Below are positions 51,470-61,812 of a stretch of 64,000 bases of DNA, piece after piece. Position 1 is the first letter of the stretch. Every line of letters starts with the position of its first letter. A model generated the notes under the pieces. That model was not told where the DNA came from. It made no database searches and saw nothing but the letters and a program-made list of their open reading frames with translations. The stretch is from Psammoneis japonica (lineage: Eukaryota). The stretch is taken from positions 372,001 to 436,000 of the forward strand of contig QPGO01000021.1 of assembly GCA_008632985.1 (NCBI GenBank). The letters are read 5' to 3'. A program made the translations under genes and the position numbers.

Positions 51470-54080
51470 TTTACTTTAGCCTGCTTGCATCATGATGAAG
51501 ACAAGTTCTGGAGTTGTCAGCGAGAAAAGCACTTTCAAATTGTTCATCCAAATAGACTGGTCATTGCGCCAAACCAAATTTGAAATGGATGGGGGGCCCC
51601 AGCATTTTTTTGATGCATCTCACCTTGGTCTGCTTGCATCATGATGATTGGCACGTTGTGGAGTCGTCAGCGAGAAAAGCACACGTGCTTCGTCCAAATC
51701 GACTGGATGCACAGCAGTTTGCATGGCACCAAATTTGAAACAGATGTTTCTACAGTGCGAGCTTCTGTTCCCACTGTAACACACAATGACTTGACATGCA
51801 TTTTACTTTGGCCTGCTTCTTTGCACATGGGTTCACGGGTTTTTTGGGACTGGTGCCAGCAGCTTTGGATGCAACCTTCTTCACAAATCCTGCCAAGGCG
51901 CTCGTTTGCTTTTTGCTGATGGATGATGTGTTCTGCCGTTTCTTGTGCATTGCAGCTTGAAGACCAAGACCTGCAAAGTGAGGCTGAGTTCGTTCCTTCT
52001 TCTTGTTCTCCAGTGGCTTTTTCATTCCGGCGTCTGCTTCCATCTTCCTCATTGCATCCAGGCATGCATTTTGCACGGCATGACAAACATTGTGAAAAGC
52101 CAAGGACTTGTCGTCATGAAGTTGGATCATGTGCCACTGGTCATCAGTCACAATGTGTTCCAGCAGCTCCATGGCGGCTTTAAACTTCTGTGGCTCTGCC
52201 TCCTTGTTCAGAAACCGCAGCTGCAAAAGCCGCTCCTTGGATGGTGATGAAAGGTGTCCATGCTGCTTGAACCAAGTGAGCAACACATGTGAAGACACTC
52301 CTGCACCTGTGCCATTCACCAAGCCATCCACTTTCTCCTGCAGTGTCAGCTTCTTTTTCTTCTTCTTCTTTGAAGACTTGTCACTTGCAAACCGTGTTGA
52401 GAGCAGTGTTGTGGCAATGCGAGGTTTTGGCTTTGGCACCGAGGCCGCCACAGGCTGAGTCGCAGCCACTGACTCGTCAGAATCAATGCAAGGTCGAGAA
52501 GCAGCCGGCACGTCATCAGCATCTGGTGTGCCGCAGCATTGGCAGCCACACCGTTTGGAGTGGAGGCAAGGTTTGCATCAACAATGACACCACAATGGAT
52601 CACGTCATCTTGATTGGACATTTCGAAGAACTTGAGACGTGTCCGTGGTGTCGCCATCACGAATCTTCGCTTCCGACGCAGCATGCTCCAACAAGGTGCG
52701 TGTGATTTCATGGTTCTGACAAAGCTCCTTTGAAACTTCAGCATGATGCCGAATCACAGCAGCCATGCAGGAATGCAAGAAGGGCCGCAGCTCTCCACCT
52801 TTTAGAAATTGAGCAAGGGAGTCAGAGATCATGTGCAATTTTTCAATGAGACGTTCAACGTCCTCTTGTGCATGGCTCCCAAGACATTCCAAGTTCGGAG
52901 CACATTTCTTGGTGGGAGTGTCATCCCAGCCCATCATCGCGTTTGCCGCCAGAAGTGTGAGTTGCAGTGCAATGCGTTTGCAAGTCTTGCCATTGGGAGC
53001 TCCTGGCACCCATCCAACCCGAGCGTCCGCTTCTTCAACAGATGCTCCTTGACGCGAATTCAAGAAGGCAGCCACACCAACTCAAGTGGACTTGGAAGAA
53101 TGATCATTCTGCAGGACCGGATTTGCCTTGCTTCGAATGATGCTGGTCAATTTTGCTGCAACATGCCGGTCACTCACGCTCCACAAGTCTGGGAAAGTGC
53201 ACTTGTGGAGCTCCTTCTCCATGCCGTCTGGACGACAGAGACCTTTCTCACAAGAATGGAAACACACAAAAGCACGGCAGAGATCAAAGAGATGGGACTT
53301 CTAGTTTGGTGGGAAGAGGAGCCCATGCAAATCCACAGTCTTCGGCTCACACCACGTTGCTTCCAAATTCTCATGACACAAATCCCAGAACCACTCATCA
53401 TGCCATTGATGCCTCACTTCCCCTCCACGTCCAGCAGCCACAGCGCCCATCAAAATCCAGCAACGCTGCTGAAGAGGGCCGTTGTTCATCATTGGACAAT
53501 TGCATTGCAGAACGAGAGCAAGAAGCAATGTCTTGATGTCGTTTGCGAGTGCACCATTCTCTCGTCTCAACATTGAATTTCTGTCTGTCACAAGAATGGC
53601 ATTTCGCTGCTTGGCTCAAACACATTCTGAAGCCACGTTTGGAGCCAGAGCCAAAGTCCTTTTGTCAGAACACTCCATGCTGAGGAGGTTGGCTTTGTCA
53701 GTGGCCTTTGCCACATCTTTGAACAGAGGCTTGCACCACTTGTCCTCATCTTCCCAGTCAGGGTGCTTGGGGAACTTCATTTTTAGTGCTTCTTTGACCT
53801 TTCCAAAAATTCACTGCTTTGCATCAACTCCCAATGGCCCGTTGGAGGGATTGTCGTGCCAACAGATGGGCTCACATGACAAGAACTTGCTGAAGCGCAT
53901 CACAAGTGTCCTGAGGTGGCATCCATCCACATGATGTTCCTCCAACCCGTGAAACGGCTTGTCTTGCTTTTTGTCTTGAAACGCATCAAACATTTTGATT
54001 GCAGCCTTGTTGCCACTTGTGGCAGAAGGGGCCCCAGACGCCTCAGTGATTGGCTCCCCAAGGGTCAAAGAGGGCATGCT
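51470..54080 (-). mobile_element. Degenerate Crypton-like tyrosine-recombinase DNA transposon; short direct repeats at its 3' side (~51480-51585, ~51630-51740)
   Basis: Minus-strand YR-type motifs GRGGEV, (Y>H)SSKST(R>*)VG, ARVGW and KT(Y>C)KR, with no RT associated. Confidence 0.55.
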
Positions 54081-54342
54081 GCATGGCTGCTCTGTGGTTG
54101 CGGGTGGCTTCTGTGGCTGCGTCTGTGTTTTTGTGAGACGACATCTCCTCCGTGCTGTGTCTCTCGTCTCGAGCTTCAGCACGGCATCACAGAAGTCTTG
54201 CGGATGATGGTGAGTCTGATGATGTAAAAATTCTGGTGCGGTTCAAGGTCATGTGTGCACACAGACATGGTGTGTTCCATTGGCTTCAACTTTGAGAGAA
54301 CTTTTGGGTTGCTTCTTCTGAAAGTTGCCAATTCTATGCCGG

Positions 54343-54408
54343 AAAAAGGGAGGGACTCGAACCCCCGACCTCGTCCTTCTTCGGCGCATTTCTGCCACTC
54401 AATGGGAA
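54343..54408 (-). pseudogene. tRNA-derived sequence (tRNA pseudogene or SINE head) with B-box
   Basis: Minus strand reads AGTGGCAGAA...GAGGTCGGGGGTTCGAGTCCCTCCC-TTTTT: D-loop-like, T-arm (GTTCGA) and oligo-T. The anticodon arm is not canonical. Confidence 0.45.
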
Positions 54409-54504
54409 TCTTTCGAAAATGACCCGTGACGTAAAAAGCATAAAATGGTTGTGGACGCCTGTAGAATCTACACGTTTTTGTACTGAAACTGTTGTGTTCA
54501 CACA

Positions 54505-54613
54505 ATTTGTGCAAAAATAGACTTGACTGTTGTCGGGTCAGGTGCTGTTTTTGCAAATGCATTGAAGAAAAACACACCTGATCAGAAAACAGTCAAGTCC
54601 ATTTTTCGCAAAG
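54505..54613. repeat. Imperfect ~110-nt inverted repeat (hairpin)
   Basis: tttgtgcaaaaatagacttgactgtt...tcaggtg pairs with cacctga...aacagtcaagtccatttttcgcaaa. Confidence 0.7.
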
Positions 54614-55789
54614 TTAAAATTCACTGAGGACAGACAGACAGACTTTTCAATGATTGTCTTGGTGCTGTTCTGCACATTTCCACGTAAATGACTCTACAGC
54701 GCGAAAGATTGCTGTTGAGCTCAGACAGAAGATGATGATGCGGCAATGCATTGTCTCATTGCTGGTGGCACCAGCAACAAGCAATGAGAAACTCAAGGCT
54801 GGATCGTCGAGCAGAGGCATTTTTTTGAACAGCTCGAATTTTTCCTGTTTTCTCTCGCACTTCGCCCGTGTTGTTTTTTGACACCTCTGAGCACCCCCAA
54901 AGCACTTGTGAGTGTGTCTGGCCCCCATCAGGGCTGTTGGACCTCCATGTGAACTGCGCTTGCCAACCTTCAAATGCCAACTGTCGGATTCGGTGCGGTT
55001 GTCATTTTCAATGAACCGCCATTTTTCGCCAAAATCGCGCTGCTTGGGGGAGACAAGCCACAACTTTCCAGGAAAGGCTGACAACTGGCATTTGACTGGC
55101 TGCAGACACATCTGCAGTTGTCAAGCCAGAGATCCTGCATGGTCACAACCATCGCCAGCACACTCTGTGACATCTTTCGAAGGGACAAAGTTCGACCTGT
55201 CGCTGAATTTTTTTTTGGCAAAAGTGTGCGCGTTCAGTGTTGTGCACCCTTTCTTTCAAAAAAAATTGTGAGCTTGCAAAAAACAGACCTCTGCTTGCCA
55301 ATCCATCCTCAATCTGTCATCAGTGCAAGCCGCGCCACTTTTCTCCTGCACGGATTGCGCTCTTGCACAGAGGGCGCCCCTGCACGGGGCGCATGCCTGG
55401 CCGGCGATTGCAATCTGCTCGTCCGACCGTGCAATTGCTTCACAATTGCAGTCAACCAATCGCTGCTCCACAGCAATGCAGTCAACCACTTGCAATCTGA
55501 TTGCTGTGGAAAACTTTGCAAATTGGCCGGCACTGCGAGCAAGCATTGAGCGGGCAAATCGCGCTTGAGTTCACATGGTGTTGACACTCCCTCTCGAATG
55601 AAGAATCTGCCAACCGCAAAGCAACTTTCTGGCAGACTCAAATTTAACTGCAATGAGCCCTTTGGTGAGGATGTTGGTGTGTTGCAAGTGACGCGTTCCA
55701 GCTCTGGGTGGGACCTCGTGCTGCTGCACTGTGACATCAACAGTTTTTTGGATCACGTCGCATGTCGCGCACGCACATTTCTACGAGTC

Positions 55790-56720
55790 ACATTCTACGA
55801 AATTGTTTCATGCTCCCTGTTTTGCGAAGCCAAAGGCTTTCTGTTTTCAACATTTGTGAGAATGAAAATGCACTGGGCACATTCTTTGACATCTGAAGAA
55901 CACACCCGGGCAAACTGTCAATGATGTGCTCCAAGCATGAAGGAGGAGACACGTTCGTAAAATTGCCTCTTTTTCTGTTGGCAATCATTCACATTTTCAT
56001 TGCAGCACAAATTTGCTGCGCAGCTCACATTCTGCGGGCCCAATGTCACACGGAGTCCCACCTGGGACTGGAACCCATCAAGTCTGTTGCAATCTTGCAC
56101 ACAACAACTCTGTTCGGTTTCAGTTGCGAGCAAAACCAGCAACACTTGGCTGCGCAGTGCTTGGACCTTGGCGTCATTTGTCCAGGTTCCATGTGAGCCA
56201 GAGTCAAAGCCCCAGCATTGTCCTCCCACATGGCAGTTTTGATGGCATTGGTGGTTCCCAGACCAACTCCAATGCCTTGAAAAATGGCTTGCATGGCGCG
56301 AAGAAAGGGAAGGACGGTTTTCATGCAAGTGGAGAGAGCGTTGTGCTCTGTGCTCTGCCTCCCCATGGTTGAGAGTGCGCAATCTCGGGTGCAAGCTTGC
56401 TGGACCAGATGACAGGACAGACATGCTCCAGATGCAGGTGGGAATTTGTGTGACGTTGGGCCTGTGGAATTCTGCATGCAAGCTCCGCAGTGAAATTGTC
56501 AGGTCATGAAAATGTCAATGACAGCCAACAGAAAAAGAGGCAATTTTGTGAACGCGCAAACTCATCCACGATTTAAGCACATCATTTTTCACTTGGCTGG
56601 GTGCACTCTTCAGACATTGAAGAATGCACCCAGTGCATTGTTGTTCCCAAAAATTCTTTAAAAATAAAACGTCTGGGGCTTTGCAAAACAGCGAGTCGTC
56701 TGGAACAATTCTGTGGGAGA
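55790..56720. repeat. ~215-bp diverged inverted repeats (55790-56002 and ~56504-56720) flanking a Copia RNase H fragment
   Basis: The reverse complement of the left arm matches the right arm: atgaaaatgt.aatga...gccaacagaaaa.gaggcaatttt...agcacatcatt...cttcaga...aagaatg..cccagtgcatt...gcaaaacag. Confidence 0.75.
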
Positions 56721-58450
56721 AAACATGCAGAAATGCACACGAGAAACATGCGGCTGATCACAAAAAACACTTGTGTCACACATTGGCACTGCAAGCTCCC
56801 ACCTGAGGCTAGAGTGCATCAACAGTTTGAAGTGCAAATGACAAATCCTGCACAGCTCTTGATGCAAGCTGGGTCTTGCTTGTCTTCATGAGGCCACAAT
56901 CCAGCAAAACAGGAGTCAACAAACATGTCAATGTCAAAGTCTCCGGATGGCTTGAGGACCAGACCTTCCTCAAGCGTGCCCTTCAGGTGTCGTCCGATCC
57001 TTTCAAGGGCTGGTTCATGTGAGAGCAGTGTGGACTGTGAACAAAGCAGGCTGCTGAGCTTGTGGCACAGGGGATGTGGGTGTCCAGGCCTTTGGCAGAC
57101 AGCCTGCATTGAGGGCGTCGATGACACATTTGGCTGGGCCACTCTGAGTCAGTTTGACAGTGCCGTTGTTGGTGTCACGGTCCATGTGCACACCCGAAAA
57201 TCCCATGATGGAATCTTTGACTTTGACGTGCTCTTGTTTTGGTGAAAAGAAAAGTGTGTCGTCAATGTGCACAAGGCAGATGACTTCATCTCCGACACAA
57301 ATGGACAAGGATCCACGTCATCTTCAAGTTTTGATTTGAGATGAAGAAAGAAATTGCGCGGTCCTTGTTTGAGACCACAGATGGTCTTCTTGAGTTTCAG
57401 CACTTTGCCTGGTTTTGAGCATCTGCAAGGCATTTGCACGAATGTGCCAGAGCATTCGCGCTCTTCAGGTGTCATGGAATCCCATTTTGGGTCCTTGTTG
57501 ATTGGTGCATGGACAAAAGCCACAACATGGTTGACTTGTTTGGTGGAGAGTTCAAGAATTTGAGACAATGTGTGCATCCGCCAAACTGTCATCCAATTGA
57601 CAACCTGAGCACAGGCATCAAAACAATTGACACCTTCCAATTGCTTGTCACCACAGACGCAGAAGCGGGCTTTTTGTTTTTGGATTGATCCATCGGGATG
57701 CCATTTGCATTTGAAGGCCCAAGTGCATGTGTTCATCCAGTCTTGGCGGTCAACTTCTTCCCAAGCATCTTTGCCACTGAAGAGGGAATCAATTTCAATG
57801 TCACAAGCTTTGAGATGGGCTGCACAATCTGGTCCACTCATTGCTTGCTCCCAAGTCAGATTGTCAGCTCAGCATCAGCTGCGAAAGCCAGAGGGTGCAT
57901 TTCGTTGAGTGCACCGTGTTCTTGATTGGTGTTGTTGTTGAAGACATTGCTCACAGTGCACACAAGTCCTTGGATCAGAGTGCATTTGTCATGCTGTCCC
58001 ATTGCAATGCTGTCAAAAATTGCTTGTTCAGTGTTTTGGACTTGACAGAGCATTTGGGATTCTTGTGTGCAGTTGGCGATTTGTTGGTTGGAATGCGGAT
58101 GTTGGCCATCATGGCCTTGATGAGTCAATCCAGTTTCTTGATTGTGCGGCCACTCTGTGTGTGAGTTTAAGGAGTCAGAGCATTCGGAGTCTGTTGCATG
58201 GACTCGGCTCCCTCTGAACCAAAACACAGATCATCAGGCAAGTCGTGATGGTCAACAAGAGACAACAGTTTGTCATCACTGTTGTTGCTGAATTCATTGA
58301 TTTCAACTCCCTCTGGAGCATTGAGTTGCATGGATCTGGCACACCATCTCCATCCAAATTCACAAGAAGAGGACTGTCAAAGCAAACCACATGGATTGAG
58401 TCACATTTCAAAACTTGATGCCAACCAAGCAGGTTTTGAAATGTCACACC
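56010..58450 (-). mobile_element. Degenerate Ty1/Copia (CoDi-like) pol, RT + RNase H, interrupted at ~56480-56810
   Basis: WAFKCK..PDG..K.KARFCV.GDKQ, LKKTICGLKQGPRNF, CLVHIDDTL (YxDD site), RIGRHLKGT, FAGLWPHEDKQDP, EDNAGAL and MTPRSKH. Confidence 0.9.
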
Positions 58451-58973
58451 TCAGAGCTTCTGTTGCTGATTTTGATGATGTGTTCATGATCAAGGCAGCA
58501 GTGAAGGCAGGAAAGGACACATGCTAGTGTGGTGTTGTTGCTCACTAGAGCAGCACCACTAGATTGTGGTCTGTGTTGTGGCTCTCCTGTGCTGGGTGAA
58601 GGAGCCTGTGCAACTTGTTCATGCAGCAATTGCACTCATGGGCATTCACCTTGGCATGGCTTTGACACCCCACATGCTGAGTCTACCAAGTGTTGCCTCG
58701 AAGGCATCATGCTCTGCTAGCTAGAGAGGGCCCAGAGCACATTAGTGAGGATGGCATCTCAGTGAAATGCTGTCAATTCGAAATGAAGATTGCTCGATGT
58801 CGCATGGTGAAACTAACCTTCTCGTTGCTGCTGCGGAGCGCTTTGTAACAAATGCATGAGTGTAGCACAGTAGGTTGTTAGATCAGATTTTAGTAGTTGG
58901 ACACCCTTTAGCCGAGATCTAAGCCACGAAGTGTCCAAGGGGTCAACAAAATGTTCGTATAGAAAAGTTTAGT

Positions 58974-61612
58974 TCATTTAGAGCTACCTGCAGTAGGTTT
59001 CACCAGCTCGAGAAGTTGAACACCTTTCGGACCAAACAATTCTTCGCAATTGCTGACATCAACGGTAATGAGATGATCGTGAAGACGGCACTGGCATTCT
59101 CCCTTATTCATGCACTGTTTCTTCGCGAAGTAAACGTTTTCAGCGATGGGGCCTGGGGTTGCAGACGCTGTGCTCTCCACTGGATATTGAACCAGAACTC
59201 GAACCATGTCGCGCTTTCGCTTCTTTCCTGTCTGGTTTTGTACATTGATGCCCGGGTTCTTCTTTCAGGGGTTATATCGGCCTCTTCGATACCGAACAAA
59301 GCTTCTTTGGTTTCCTCCCAAAGGCCACGCAACTCAATGGTCTTCAGGCTCGAAGGAGGCTTGCTGCTGCCTCTATTCTCGCGATAAAACAATTCAGGTA
59401 CAACTGTGCGCAGTGCTTCCGGCTGGTTGAGCTTAAACTTCAACTTCGCCTGCAAAGCAGCGAAACGAAAATCGTTCCAGGCACGCGTCCGCATAAGAAA
59501 CGCTACATCAGGTCCAAACAGTGTATCAGGGAAGCAGAATGGTGCAACCGCACCTTCGAAACGAGCGTTAACAGCTGCCTTTATCCACTGCATGGTGTCA
59601 AAAGGCGCTCTGCACTTGATCGCAAGCACGCCATAAGAAGACCACTCTGGTACCATGAAATTCACCAAAGAAGAATCTTGTCCAACCTGAGATCTCAGTA
59701 TTTTCTCGAATCTAGTTTGGATAGAAGGGAGCAAGAATTCTTCAAAAACATTGCCCCTCTCCGAAGATGACGTGGTGCTTGCAATTTTCTTTGAGATGGA
59801 ATCTTGCAGTCCAAAAAAAGCGATGCTTGCCTGGATAACCAGGGTCTCCCAAATAACAGCCTCTACAAAGTCAGCCCCAGTATCGCTTTCCATATGCACG
59901 GACGCGATACCCGCTTCGATCATGTCCGCAGCTTTTTTCTTCACCAGTTGGCGGCTACCACCAAACGAGAATTCAAAGGTGGCTCGTCGAAACGTTTCCT
60001 GCGCTTCCGACCATTCTTGGCCCGCCATGTCAAACATCTTGCTGACGGCTGAGAAGGCCGATTTATCCTGCAAACTCCATGTAAACCGCCTGTCCTCGTC
60101 CTTTGAGTTTGCAGTACAAACCTCGATATATCGATTCAACGATCTAATAAGAGGTTGCTCTGCGAGATCGAAGTTTCCCCGAGGTTCACGCTTAGACGTT
60201 GTTTGCTGCCGTTCAATATACGTTTCAATAAACGTTGCTACCCACCGTGGTCGTCCTTTCAGCCAGTCACCAGCATGCCGGACAAGGTCATCCTTCACAT
60301 CGCGTAGATCAAGGAACTTGCTCATATACTGAATCACGTCGTCTCTGGACATATTCTTCAGTCCAACGAAACAAAAAGAGTGATCCTTTAGATTTGGTTT
60401 GACCACCAAAGATCTTGCCGCAGCTTTGTATGCTTTGATTGACATACCGGTCCCACTAAAGCAAGGAAAATGGATTATCTCCATTGTCAATTGTAGGTTA
60501 GTCAAGCCTTTGAGGAATGCAGAGTAAGCCGACCGCGGCTCATTTCCATCTGTGGACAAGAACACGCCCTTCAGTTCCGTCAAGAGCACCTGTGCCTCGT
60601 CCATGAAGCAGCTATGCCGGTCTAGCTTTCGAGTCTCATCCATAGAACACTCCAACTTGTTTTTGACGATCTTCCGGGAGACATCCAGAAATATATCGCA
60701 TCCCAGGACATCTTCTGGAAATAGCTGAAGTAAAAGCCATTCGTAGCAGCTCAGGCCTCGTCTTCGCGTTGACAACAGCACCGTATTGATCCCGTGAAAC
60801 ACTTCTGTCCGCACACAGAGCAACACCTGCAGCATTTTCTGAACGTCCTGAAGATTTTTTACACTGAGTGCTTTACGGTCGTCATGGTCTGAGGGGATTG
60901 GTATCATCTTCTCAGCACAATGTTGGATCAAGAATGCGACATCTCTTGAACCTGGATTGTATTTTGGGTCAGCCGCAGCAGACAGATAAAAGCCGTAGTT
61001 GTGGGAGAGATATTCAAATATGGTTCTGGTTTTCCCAGCACCAGATGTTCCGTACAAAGCGATAGGACCTATTTTCTGGGACCTTTCAATATAATTGTAA
61101 CCACTCGTTTTCTTGTGCTCCTCGTTTTCTAGGTCGTGAAGAAGTAGAGACGGTCTCTTTTTGTTCCCAATAAGGGCCGGTACACCGGTTTCGTTTCCTC
61201 TCCAATAACATTTAAAGGCGGCTTCATCGCTGATTTCGAAGCATGGGAGCGACGGCGCATTGCGATCCCATTGTTGGAGATGATCTTTTACCAGGTGTTC
61301 CATACAAAGGGGTTGCGGCGCCTGTGACACCTGCTGCAAGCCTTCGTGTTTCTGCTGCAGAGTGACCACAATGAGAGGACTTTCATCAGTTGTTGTATCC
61401 AAATCTTTCACTAGCATTCCAGGGCGGAGAGGGTCGTCTTTTGTCGAGTCGGCACCCGCAGCGAAGACCTTGAGCTCGGGAGCGGCACAAGCAAGACGCT
61501 CGCCCCATTTTGTCTTGATCGCATCCTTCAAATCATACACATCAGCACCATCTTGCACTTTCACTTTCGCCACCGGTGCACCGTCGAGCTTGTACCAAAT
61601 TTCGATCGTCAT
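58974..61612 (-). CDS. Crinkler (CRN)-like protein: ubiquitin-like N-terminal domain, P-loop NTPase, REase-fold C-terminus; apparent frameshift near 59210
   Basis: N-terminus IWYKL...VYDLKDAIK...APELKVF...PLIVV, Walker A GTSGAGKT, Walker B CFMDEAQ, and FPDTLFGPDVAF...LQAKL. The C-terminus continues in ORF 58974-59207. Confidence 0.75.
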
Positions 61613-61812
61613 TCGTCATGGTGCCTGATCGCGACACACAACAACACGAAAACACACGGCGAGGCGCGCGGGGCACGACCGGGCTCCTGCGGTTTACAAT
61701 AGCCCACGTTCCTACCGTACTGCACACCGTGAGATCCACGCGAGCTTCGGCACGGCACGCGCGAACCTGCATCAACCCGCGTGCGTCATTGGAACTGTGG
61801 ACCAGGTTGCAA

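Noticed and set aside
9900..58700. Dense six-frame Cys/His-rich ORFs of 60-250 aa in the repeat blocks
   Set aside because: These are by-products of TpA loss: TAA and TAG stops and Tyr codons are removed, which lengthens random frames. They are not genes or metal-binding peptides.
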